Virus record (IMG/VR): IMGVR_UViG_2876019154_000002
Location: 52,159-72,158 of that record
DNA: 20,000 nt
Direction: 5' to 3' (one strand)
Source: an uncultured virus (IMG/VR IMGVR_UViG_2876019154_000002)
Lineage: Duplodnaviria; Heunggongvirae; Uroviricota; Caudoviricetes
This document shows positions 1-8,022 of this stretch, in pieces; within the stretch, counting starts at the first letter, position 1, and each line of letters begins with the position of its first letter. The notes beneath the pieces are model-generated. The model worked only from the letters and a program-made list of their open reading frames with translations. It was not told the DNA's origin and made no database searches. Position numbers and translations under genes: made by a program.

Positions 1-135
1 ATTTAATTTATCAAATGCGACCCAGTAGTAAAATTCACTAGCTGAAAGTGATTGCTCAAGTTCAGCTAGTGTTTTACCAAGCCTTAATGCTAGCTTTAAT
101 TTAAAGAAAAGCTCTGGTTCATTTTCTACTTTTTT
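1..135 (-). CDS. Tail assembly chaperone gpT-like extension (DUF4035-like), reached by -1 frameshift; runs off the window
   Basis: The -1 frame after A AAA AAG (129-135) is open to base 1: KKVENEPELFFKLKLALRLGKTLAELEQSLSASEFYYWVAFDKLN. This matches the typical gpT 'LALRLGxTLxEL...SxxE...W' pattern. Confidence 0.85.
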
Positions 136-509
136 TCAGCCTCTTTGAGAGGATCGTTATTTAACTCTATCAATTCGAGGGCTTTATTCAGTACTCGAGT
201 ATGAACAGGACCATAACTTTCTACTAACGCCTCCATTTCTTTACTGTCATTACTATTGAAAATAAGATTACCGTTTTTATCAATTACGGTTGCAGCAAAT
301 AATAAAGTTTCAGCTTTGATATTAAGTAAGTCTTTTTCTTGCTCAGTTAATGAGTCATCTTTTGACGTTTTTTCAATGGATTTTACATAACGATAAAAAT
401 CAATATGTAACGGTTCTCGAACACAAATTGTTGTATTCCATTCTGCCACCTGAAACTCTTTAGTGCGAAAGCCTGAATTTTTAGCAGTGATAATTTTCTT
501 TAAATTCAT
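126..509 (-). CDS. Tail assembly chaperone (gpG-like TAC)
   Basis: Directly follows the tail tube gene; 'VAEW...ICVREP' and 'YGPVHTRVLNKAL' motifs; ends at a slippery heptamer. Confidence 0.85.
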   Translation of the reverse strand: MNLKKIITAKNSGFRTKEFQVAEWNTTICVREPLHIDFYRYVKSIEKTSKDDSLTEQEKDLLNIKAETLLFAATVIDKNGNLIFNSNDSKEMEALVESYGPVHTRVLNKALELIELNNDPLKEAEKK

Positions 510-529
510 TATGATGTTTTCTCCACAAA

Positions 530-1000
530 TTAATTAGCTGGAGTCGGTTCATTAAACACAAATGAGCCTTTTACTTTGAATGCGAATGAACCAGTTAAAA
601 TGCCATTCTTTTCACCTTTAAACTCAAAATTGGTAACACGCGCAATCCAGTCAACAGAACTACCATCCTCATGTTGGATTTTAAATGCGTAATTATTACC
701 TGACTCATAGGATTCTCTTAAAGCTTTTTGACCATCATTTGCAATAACAAAATTAACGTTCATTGATACAGTTGGTTCAGCCGGTAATCCACTAATGGTT
801 TCTTTGGTACGAGATGAAAGTGTTGAGACATCAATCTCTTCACCTTCTGGTGATGTCATGGAATAGTCGGTTACCGTACACTCTAAACTTAATTTTGGGG
901 TGGTATCAGTGATGAATTTTGTTGAAGGATCTTTACTAATAAATACACCGATATCTCTAGTTTTGGTATATTCGCTTTGTGATTTTTGTACTTCAGTCAT
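530..1000 (-). CDS. Major tail (tube) protein, siphovirus lambda gpV/HK97-like
   Basis: 156 aa with 'EIDVSTLSS...ETISGLP' and 'GQKALR...AFKI...DGS'; GGAG RBS; sits upstream of the TAC pair. Confidence 0.85.
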   Translation of the reverse strand: MTEVQKSQSEYTKTRDIGVFISKDPSTKFITDTTPKLSLECTVTDYSMTSPEGEEIDVSTLSSRTKETISGLPAEPTVSMNVNFVIANDGQKALRESYESGNNYAFKIQHEDGSSVDWIARVTNFEFKGEKNGILTGSFAFKVKGSFVFNEPTPAN

Positions 1001-1018
1001 GTTAGTTTCTCCAAAAAT

Positions 1019-1040
1019 AAAAAAAACCGCAATTAAGCGG
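1019..1040 (-). terminator. Intrinsic terminator-like hairpin before the tail tube gene
   Basis: CCGC-TTAATT-GCGG plus T-run on the minus strand; same core as 2774-2796. Confidence 0.6.
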
Positions 1041-1069
1041 CAAATAGGTTAATTTTTACTTACTGATTA

Positions 1070-1153
1070 TTAAAGGTATAGCTCTTATGATGCTCGATAG
1101 AGTTATATATTTAATTCGTAGTTAGGGTGACTTTTAACATTGAAATGTTTCAA
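1070..1153 (-). pseudogene. Decayed 3' end of a tail terminator gene (HK97 gp11/DUF3168-like)
   Basis: Translates LKHFNVKSHPNYELNI*LYRAS*ELYL*, resembling the 'LKP....P.YEPD..LYRA.LE' C-terminus, at the expected position just before the tube gene. Confidence 0.55.
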
Positions 1154-1287
1154 TTGTTATTAGTATATTATTGCATCTATGTTTCCTATAGATTAAAAAT
1201 CTATAAATATCATTATGCAAATCAAATAGTTAAATTATATAAACATGGTTTATTTGTATAGAGTAAAAGTTAAAAACTAAGCTCAAT

Positions 1288-1527
1288 TTAATTGATTACG
1301 CTAATTATTTTTTTTATTGCCCTTTTATCTTGATTGCACATCTCAATAACATTCAAGAGATGCTCGTTATAGCTAACACTATCGCCGAATGTCATTTTTT
1401 GTGGTGGTAAATTTGCTATGCAATCACTGAGCAGATTTGCTGGAATTGGCTGATTCACGTAAACTTTTCGCTCGGTTGTACAGGCTACCAGAGATAGACA
1501 TAGGCACGAACTGATTAGCGCAATCAT
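1288..1527 (-). CDS. o-spanin (Rz1-like lipoprotein), overlapping the i-spanin
   Basis: Likely start MIALISSCLCLSLVA-C with an LVAC lipobox; 'PIPANLLSDC' and 'CNQDKRAI' motifs. The ORF track starts at 1545. Confidence 0.85.
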   Translation of the reverse strand: MIALISSCLCLSLVACTTERKVYVNQPIPANLLSDCIANLPPQKMTFGDSVSYNEHLLNVIEMCNQDKRAIKKIISVIN

Positions 1528-1792
1528 TATATTTAAGTTGTTCATTGATCTGCTCCTGACGTGAAATAGATTGATTTTCTAGCTCACGTTTTGATTGTTC
1601 GTTAGCGGCAATAATCTGATTATTTCTCTCGATAGTTTGCTGTAATTGTTGCATCTGTGAAGATAATTCAGTCATTTTCTGTTTTGCTGTTTGTTCATCT
1701 TCAAAACATTGATAAGCAAAATAAATGCTAAAAATAACAATAATTAATAATATTATCGGAGACAGCTTATAAAGTAGTTTTAATTTATCCAT
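1424..1792 (-). CDS. i-spanin (Rz-like)
   Basis: N-terminal TM helix, Q-rich coiled coil and C-terminal Cys; follows the endolysin and overlaps the o-spanin. Confidence 0.85.
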   Translation of the reverse strand: MDKLKLLYKLSPIILLIIVIFSIYFAYQCFEDEQTAKQKMTELSSQMQQLQQTIERNNQIIAANEQSKRELENQSISRQEQINEQLKYNDCANQFVPMSISGSLYNRAKSLRESANSSKSAQ

Positions 1793-2232
1793 CAGACTAA
1801 CCCATTGACGTAAACTGTTTTACCGCCCTGTTTAACCGCAGTTAACACGATTTGGCGGTTATTGCTCGGACTAAATCCAATATGTACCCATTGGTTGTGC
1901 TCCTGGATTAATTTGTCAAACTGCACACCGGCATCAATCAAACGTTGGCAAATCTCTTTAGGCGTTCCGTATGAGCTATGAAAATCAACGGCAAGCCCTT
2001 TGGTGTGCGCGCTAGTTGGTGAACCGCCTACTTGAGTATTGAGTGCCGGACAACGATAGCCTGATGTGATAATAATCGGGAAACCTAAAACTTTTCTTAC
2101 GCACTCCAATTTATTGGCAGTTAGCTTGATATTGGGCATTAATTGAACTGGTACAGAATTGTTTATTTTGGCTCTCTCGCCTGTGGTTGAGCGGGTAAAT
2201 TCCTCAAGCGTAAAATGTTCGGTTAGTTGCAT
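1792..2232 (-). CDS. Endolysin, peptidase M15A-type zinc metallopeptidase
   Basis: HFTLEEF, ITSGYRC..LN..VGG...SAH..GLAVD and WVHI (His/Asp/His zinc ligands); lies between holin and spanins. Confidence 0.9.
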   Translation of the reverse strand: MQLTEHFTLEEFTRSTTGERAKINNSVPVQLMPNIKLTANKLECVRKVLGFPIIITSGYRCPALNTQVGGSPTSAHTKGLAVDFHSSYGTPKEICQRLIDAGVQFDKLIQEHNQWVHIGFSPSNNRQIVLTAVKQGGKTVYVNGLV

Positions 2233-2540
2233 TAGTTATCTCCTTTGGCTTTTTTAATCAGTCTTTCTTCCAGCGCTTTAATCAGTGTTGCGCCCGACCA
2301 ACCTGCTAACCCAGCTATACCGCCTGCTAGTTCAAAATCCCAGTTAAAATAACTAGCAGCAAGAACCACAAGAGAACCAGCAAAAGTTGATACACATATC
2401 TGACCTATCAACGTACCAACTCTGAATTTACCACCATTTATAACATGATAAGAATAGCTTGCTAATGAACCGAGCGAAGTAATAATAAATAGGTATACAA
2501 CAACCGTCCAGTTGACGTTGTTTGGGTCTTTTATTGGCAT
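2232..2540 (-). CDS. Phage holin (LydA-like)
   Basis: 102 aa, three hydrophobic segments, 'SxFAG' and 'AGLAGWSG', basic C-terminus; coupled to the endolysin. Confidence 0.85.
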   Translation of the reverse strand: MPIKDPNNVNWTVVVYLFIITSLGSLASYSYHVINGGKFRVGTLIGQICVSTFAGSLVVLAASYFNWDFELAGGIAGLAGWSGATLIKALEERLIKKAKGDN

Positions 2541-2773
2541 GATAAAATCTTTATGTTAGTTAATAGAAATGACAGCGTGCTAGCTAAGCATTGGTTGGTT
2601 GTGTGTGTCTAGCGTTGCTGTCGATGCTGTAGCTCTTCACTAAGGTATCTAGTTTTGACTATGTCAAAAATTAGTAAAAGTGATGAGAGAAACTTTATTT
2701 AAAATAGATAATTAGCGAAAATATAGTGTCTACCATGAATTAAAATTAAGGTTAATTGTCTATAAACAAGCAT

Positions 2774-2796
2774 AAAAAAACCGCAATTAAGCGGTT
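2774..2796 (-). terminator. Intrinsic terminator upstream of the holin
   Basis: AACCGC-TTAATT-GCGGTT followed by a T-run on the minus strand. Confidence 0.7.
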
Positions 2797-3590
2797 AATC
2801 TAGCATTTTGAATTAGTTATTTTTCCCTAAAAAAATAATCAATTACAAATTGTATCGTTAAGTTAGTTATAACTCTTTTATAATTAAGATTTTAAATGTA
2901 AACAAATTGATGCATTATCTTTTCTTTATTAGAGAGTCATAGAAAAAAAGTGCTAAAAATTCAAAAAATGCAGCATCGCCACTATAAAAGAGGTAGTGAT
3001 AATCAGTTAAATTATTGAGCCTCTATTCCGAAAAATAGATATAAAAGAACAGATTGATAACAAAATAAATCATCAAAAAAACAATTACATATTGTTAATC
3101 TTTTCATTTTATTTTTATTTAAAAATATATTCTCACCTTCAAAAGATAAGTACTTATCCCATCTCTTAAATTGATTATACGGTATTCAATATTTGAAAAT
3201 ATTACTCAACGCGAAAAAATAGAGCGCTAACTTTCAATATCTCGATTCAGTTAGATTTATTTGCTATATAATCGATAACTCTTTTATAGAATCTTAGACT
3301 AAATTTATATTAAATCTTTAGTTAAAATAATCCCTAACTGGAATTATAAAGTTAACTAGATAATTTTTAGCATTATTTAAGTTTTACGAATACAGTTATA
3401 AAAATTATACAAAAGATGAGCAAGGTAATTTTTTAAGAAATCTATTTCATTAACAACTAAAAATAATTAAATTATTTTTGATTAAGCGTTTGAGCTTTAT
3501 TATAAGTTAACTCACAATGATAACCATCAATAGAACGCTGATAAGCTACTATCGACCTAATACTAGGACTTAAAGAGAAGTAAAATAACA

Positions 3591-3640
3591 GGTAAAATAC
3601 GCATTTTAATTCTGCTACTTTGATAAGCTCGCCAATATTC
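3591..3640 (+). pseudogene. Possible remnant of an Ibs-like small hydrophobic toxin peptide
   Basis: Reads GKIRILILLL then, after a 1-nt shift, LISSPIF; the second copy (from 10461) reads LISSPAF. No start codon. Confidence 0.35.
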
Positions 3641-3716
3641 AATAGTAGAAATAAAATATAAATCATTGAATAAAATTAAAAAAAGATTGTATATTTAAAA
3701 AATCAAGGTGAATAGT

Positions 3717-3905
3717 ATGGCGTTAACTAGAACTGAAATTAATGAGCGTAGTAACGAAAAACGTGGTATAAAAAATAAAGCATTTAAATTAAATATAAAC
3801 GATATAGCAATGATTAAACAAACTGCTATAGATTTAAATATGTCAGAAGCAAAACTAGTAGTAGAAGCTATTAAATTCTATAAAGACAATAAAAAAGCCT
3901 CATAA
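3717..3905 (+). CDS. Small ribbon-helix-helix (CopG/Arc-like) DNA-binding protein, copy A
   Basis: AAGGTG RBS before ATG 3717; KNKAFKL ribbon followed by two helices ('LNMSEAKLVVEAIKFY'). Confidence 0.7.
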   Translation: MALTRTEINERSNEKRGIKNKAFKLNINDIAMIKQTAIDLNMSEAKLVVEAIKFYKDNKKAS

Positions 3906-3913
3906 GAGGCTTT
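3891..3913 (-). terminator. Hairpin centred on the overlapping stops of the convergent genes (also ~10736-10756)
   Basis: AAAGCCTC-ATAA-GAGGCTTT, with a T-run on the minus strand. Confidence 0.65.
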
Positions 3914-4118
3914 CTTGGTAATTCAATATTGAACGTTGTTCTTGTAGAGTGATTTCATTTAGATGTTTTCTTGGGTTACCACACATCCAACAAGAACAAG
4001 CTGCGGGTGTTACTACATGTCTTTTTAGAGCCTTTCTTGAAGTAGCACCATAAAAGTCATTCTTTCTATTATCTAAACATCGTTTAATCTGATGTCGTCT
4101 ATATGCTCTTGTTCTCAT
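3900..4118 (-). CDS. Basic 72-aa hypothetical protein with a CSCWMC motif, copy A
   Basis: Intact in both repeat copies (71/72 aa identical); first ORF after the late promoter and terminator. Confidence 0.7.
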   Translation of the reverse strand: MRTRAYRRHQIKRCLDNRKNDFYGATSRKALKRHVVTPAACSCWMCGNPRKHLNEITLQEQRSILNYQESLL

Positions 4119-4149
4119 ATTTTTCTAATTAACTAACAAGTTAGATAAT

Positions 4150-4173
4150 AAAAAAGCTCTTTTTTAGAGCTTT
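4150..4173 (-). terminator. tR'-like terminator, copy A
   Basis: AAAGCTCT-N5-AGAGCTTT plus T-run, just downstream of the promoter. Confidence 0.75.
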
Positions 4174-4199
4174 ATATACAACTATTCCATTCTGTGTGC

Positions 4200-4228
4200 T
4201 TTATACCACACCTCTCTTAAGAAATCAA
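4200..4228 (-). promoter_or_regulatory. PR'-like late promoter, copy A
   Basis: TTGATT-17 bp-TATAAA with a TGn extended -10, right after the Q-remnant stop; identical to 11045-11073. Confidence 0.75.
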
Positions 4229-4233
4229 CTTTT

Positions 4234-4612
4234 TTATAAAAATTTATTTTTTAACATCTCTAATTCAATTCCGGATCTGCTTTTTATTGCGGCAAACTAC
4301 CCTGTTAAAAAATCCTCACCACTTTTTTGAGTTTATCAATTGCATTCCAATTGGTTTTAAATTTTTTGGCAATATCAACAGTGGTAATGGTTTAACCATG
4401 TAGAGTTTCTCCTCTCTGATACCTCGGGCAATTTTTTAAAAATTGGCAAATCATCAAAACCTTGCGCTTGTCTTTTCCTTCCGCTTTAACACAGCCAGCC
4501 ACAGCTATATAGTCAGTAACCTCTTGTTTTTTTCACCCAATAATAGAGTATCAAGGTATTATATATATCTTTGGATTGAGGCATTTTCAGCGATAAGATA
4601 GTCAGATGTAGG
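4234..4612 (-). pseudogene. Truncated, frameshifted 3' part of Q
   Basis: Aligns with 11079-11453 with several small indels; the 5' part is missing. Confidence 0.9.
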
Positions 4613-4742
4613 CATCTGCATTGGTAAAATTTGAATTTTCGTGTACTTGTTAATGGCGTCGCCTACAAGATTAAAAATAAAAAACAACCAATTGATTAGT
4701 AGGGTTAAAAAATAAAATAAAAATACCGTAAAAAATACTGTT

Positions 4743-6533
4743 TTATTTATTGGTATACCAACATTCAAATCGAGTAATTTCAACGCGCATCGTTTTAGCC
4801 TCACCTTTATCGATTCTTCGGTAAACATTGCCCGCAACACCTGAGGTAACAGGCTCTACGTTAGGTAAAACTCTCTCAAATGACATTGTTGCGATTGCAC
4901 CTTCGCTTTCTATTTGTATATTCGCGTAACCTCGATTGTCAATGAATGACGTTAAACTTACACTATACCGCGAGTCCGATTTTTTAATATTTAGATAGCC
5001 CACTTTTTCATAGCGATTAACATTATTTAAAGTATCAAATGTATGTATATATATTGATATGTATCCAGAGAAAAAATACAACATAATGCCGTTAATGGTG
5101 TTCTTATATCTACCAGGTGCTTGACATAAGAACACACCCGAACCGTCATCGAAAAGCCCTTCTAGTATAATATGAGTATTTTTATCTCGAGTGAACAGTT
5201 GTACAACGTTCTCTCCGTATCTATCGTAAATATCTGATGTGCGGCAAAAACTAGTTTCTATAAATGGTTCATCAGCCGGTGCAACTAGGTCTTGCTGATC
5301 CCTAAACGTTCTATAATTTTTTAGCAAATCTTTAGTTGTAAGTTTAGCTTGATAGTTCACAATAAAATCAAAATGACCAAAGAACACACTATTTGTCAGG
5401 CTCATATCTCCTATTAATTGAATTCTATTTAGCCCATATTTCAGATCTTTAATGTATTCTGGGGTATCCACCGCCGAGTACTCACCATACCACAACATCG
5501 AACCTACGATTTTTGATTCACTATTACCCGTTAGCACATCCGTTACTTTAATGCTCGATGTTCTGGCATCCCCCAACATCCGGCGGTAAACAATGGAAGC
5601 GTTAGGATGCTCACACCAAACCCAAATATCGAGCAGTACTTTGTTTTTGCAATCAAATTTTTGGGGATTAACATAAGGATTAACACCATATTTACAACTT
5701 GTTGTCGTAGATGAAGTATTAACACCTATAGGTGAATTACCCCTATCATCTAAAAAGTGTACGCTTTCATACGTGTTGCTGTCGTTAATTTTAACAATGC
5801 GATTATAAAATAGATTGGCAATCCAGCATGCCTGAAACGAATGTCCCAAATCCAACCAGTGTGTATTATCTGGTTGGAGATCTGCGTAGTTATACTCATT
5901 TGTATTTGACATCCACTTTTTCATCTCGGCGTCTAGGTCTAACAAGGGAATATTTCGAGTACACGCAATGTATCTTTTCATACTATTTATGCGTTCGATC
6001 TTAAAGGGTTTGCTATCCATATCCCCCGTTGATTTTAAACGGACAACGTTGCACGTCAATATAATAGGTAAGGCGCCAATCTTTTCTATTTTATCAATTA
6101 ATAAATTTGTTTGCTGTAATGTATCCGCCAATAAGTCTCCTTTGTTATGACCAGCATCGTTAATGCCAAATCCAAACATTACAATATCGACTTTGCCATA
6201 ATGGGGATTATTAGTTATCGCATTTTCAAAATTTTGCACTGCCCAACCGTCATCCAGTCGTTTACCTGAATACCCCGCGTTATAAACATGGATATTGTCA
6301 TTATTGTACATTGTCCGTAATATCGCTTGTAATATCACAGGCCAAGAATTTGGGGCATTATCGTTGTGATTTGTACCAAATTTATTTCGCGTCCATCCAG
6401 TAGTCGCATGCCCATCTGTTGTTGAATCACCATAACATGCGATTTTTACTGTTTGCCCCGCAGCCATCTGGGCAATCCAATAATTTAGTTTACCTTTGTT
6501 GTCGATTTCAAGTGGTGTGTTAAACTCTGACAT
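4743..6533 (-). CDS. SGNH/GDSL esterase with a long beta-rich C-terminal region (tailspike-like; probable polysaccharide O-deacetylase)
   Basis: Blocks I GDSTT, II NAGYSG, III GINDA and V DNTH; GAGG RBS; no signal peptide apparent. Confidence 0.85.
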   Translation of the reverse strand: MSEFNTPLEIDNKGKLNYWIAQMAAGQTVKIACYGDSTTDGHATTGWTRNKFGTNHNDNAPNSWPVILQAILRTMYNNDNIHVYNAGYSGKRLDDGWAVQNFENAITNNPHYGKVDIVMFGFGINDAGHNKGDLLADTLQQTNLLIDKIEKIGALPIILTCNVVRLKSTGDMDSKPFKIERINSMKRYIACTRNIPLLDLDAEMKKWMSNTNEYNYADLQPDNTHWLDLGHSFQACWIANLFYNRIVKINDSNTYESVHFLDDRGNSPIGVNTSSTTTSCKYGVNPYVNPQKFDCKNKVLLDIWVWCEHPNASIVYRRMLGDARTSSIKVTDVLTGNSESKIVGSMLWYGEYSAVDTPEYIKDLKYGLNRIQLIGDMSLTNSVFFGHFDFIVNYQAKLTTKDLLKNYRTFRDQQDLVAPADEPFIETSFCRTSDIYDRYGENVVQLFTRDKNTHIILEGLFDDGSGVFLCQAPGRYKNTINGIMLYFFSGYISIYIHTFDTLNNVNRYEKVGYLNIKKSDSRYSVSLTSFIDNRGYANIQIESEGAIATMSFERVLPNVEPVTSGVAGNVYRRIDKGEAKTMRVEITRFECWYTNK

Positions 6534-6850
6534 TTTTACCTCGTTAGGATTTTATTATAGTACTTAATTTATTAATTATTTGAAAAATAAAGATAAAGAA
6601 CAAATTAAATACCGTAAAATTTTTTGAATTTATTCGATCTGTTTCTCAATCTTTTTATATTAGAATAATGCCCGACGATTACGATTTAGAATTAGCAGGC
6701 GATAAGCTACATAATTAACAGTCACGACGATCATAACTACGTTTTCTATCAAAATGATGATGACATGTTTGATATCGCCGATTTTGTGATGTTGTCTGAT
6801 GTTGTCTGATGTTGTTGAGTATTGAAGATTGAAGTTCGTTGCGATGATTG

Positions 6851-7160
6851 TTAACTCAATTCTGGTTTTGTTGGAAAAATAACATTGATATCCGATGCGT
6901 CTAATTTTTTTAGACTAATTCGATATAGTTTCCATTTTTTTAACATTGTTACATCTTTATCAGTCGCCTGGTCGAACTCTATTTTATCGATGAGTATATC
7001 TATTTCGTTGTTAGCTTCATTCAATAACGATTCTTTAATTTGCTGATTTTGAAAATTATTTGCTCGTCCGTAAACCCCATTGTTTCAGGATTAACAAGAA
7101 CTAATTTACCATTTTCACATTTTAACTCTTTCCCCTTTTTATTAGCTTTAATAGCCATTT
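6851..7160 (-). pseudogene. Tail fibre assembly protein (Tfa) remnant, 5'-truncated and frameshifted
   Basis: C-terminal frame reads LLNEANNEIDILIDKIEFDQATDKDVTMLKKWKLYRISLKKLDASDINVIFPTKPELS*, a typical Tfa ending. Confidence 0.8.
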
Positions 7161-7171
7161 CATCTGCCATA

Positions 7172-7672
7172 TTACATATTAACTGTAGTTTCGGTTTTCT
7201 CTTTAAATACCTGAACACTCACGTGTTTACTTAACAATTCAAGATTCTTGACTTTGTCTGGTATTTTATTTTTTTCATAAGTGCTTCCGTGTCCCCAATT
7301 CCGATAATGGCAATATCTAAACCTGATAATGTGGTCCTCTATGTTCTCGGCCATTCTTTCATGGGGAGGAAATCACCTGAATGAGCGAGGATGTCCAAGA
7401 TGTCCATTTGGTCTATTTCAACTAATCGCTTTAGCACATAGTCAGCATCTATTTTGTTACGTTTATCGTGCTGTTGTTTAGGTTCTTAGATATAATTTTG
7501 AACTGAAGTTTTTTGAAGTAATTGGTAAGATAATTGTGCGGACGTCTTTTGACTATATCCTGCTGACTATATCCTGCTGACTATATCCTGCTCGGATTGC
7601 TGCTTGTGTCGTATTGAGATCTACTAAATAGCCACGACAAAACAGCTCATGTTTGTCGGTGAGCTTTGTCAT
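7172..7672 (-). pseudogene. terS: Terminase small subunit pseudogene
   Basis: MTKLTDKHELFCRGYLVDLNTTQAAIRAGYSQ ... IDADYVLKRLVEIDQMDILDIL ... PDKVKNLELLSKHVSVQ; broken by a 14-bp triplication, a stop and frameshifts. Confidence 0.88.
7550..7591. repeat. Tandem repeat TGACTATATCCTGC x3 inside terS
   Basis: Three exact adjacent 14-mers. Confidence 0.95.
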
Positions 7673-7703
7673 ATTTATACCTTTAGTTAATTTTTTAGAT
7701 AAT

Positions 7704-7725
7704 AAAAAACCGCCAGACGGCGGTT
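7704..7725 (-). terminator. Intrinsic terminator upstream of terS
   Basis: AACCGCC-GTCT-GGCGGTT plus T-run on the minus strand. Confidence 0.7.
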
Positions 7726-7736
7726 CGGTGAATTAA

Positions 7737-7910
7737 TTACTCATGCCTTATAACAAACAGAGCTTCAGCAAAAGTCGCTAACATAAACCTTTCGGGCTTA
7801 CTTTCTGCTTGGTCAATGATTCGTTGTAATTGCTCCTCTGCATCATCAGGAAGTGGCTCGGTATTAATCAGTTTAGTCGCTTGCTCAACTAATGAATCAA
7901 ACTTATTCAT
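7737..7910 (-). CDS. 57-aa hypothetical phage protein (not in the ORF track)
   Basis: MNKFDSLVEQATKLINTEPLPDDAEEQLQRIIDQAESKPERFMLATFAEALFVIRHE*, preceded by TAAGGG. Confidence 0.5.
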   Translation of the reverse strand: MNKFDSLVEQATKLINTEPLPDDAEEQLQRIIDQAESKPERFMLATFAEALFVIRHE

Positions 7911-8022
7911 TTAATGCCCTTATCTAACGCATTATTCATTGGCCTGTAACCATTCAGATAGTTGACTTGGGTGACCTATTTTTTTCTTATCACCCTTTTT
8001 CATAATCTTTCCTTTAATTAAC

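Larger units (their letters stand above)
3620..4612. repeat. Direct repeat, copy A of the late-control block (partner ~10461-11453)
   Basis: Near-identical from ~3783 onward (RHH 3' part, 72-aa ORF, terminator, promoter, Q 3' end); more diverged over 3630-3782. Confidence 0.95.

Noticed and set aside
2800..3110. Possible decayed membrane-protein gene on the minus strand
   Set aside because: Hydrophobic fragments with stops are expected from T-rich DNA; no family recognisable.
3472..3666. 64-aa minus-strand ORF
   Set aside because: No RBS or recognisable motif, low complexity, and not preserved in copy B.
4559..4840. 93-aa ORF
   Set aside because: Spans the SGNH 3' end, an AT-rich spacer and the Q remnant out of frame; likely spurious.
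6787..6815. TGATGTTGTC tandem repeat (and ACATTGAATC x2 near 18903)
   Set aside because: Short slippage duplications in decayed DNA; no sign of function.
7021..7354. Track ORFs 7021-7218 and 7172-7354 as real genes
   Set aside because: They are fragments of the tfa and terS pseudogenes.
7550..7591. 14-bp triple repeat as a CRISPR array or phase-variation switch
   Set aside because: No spacers or cas genes. terS has other lesions, so repeat contraction would not restore it.
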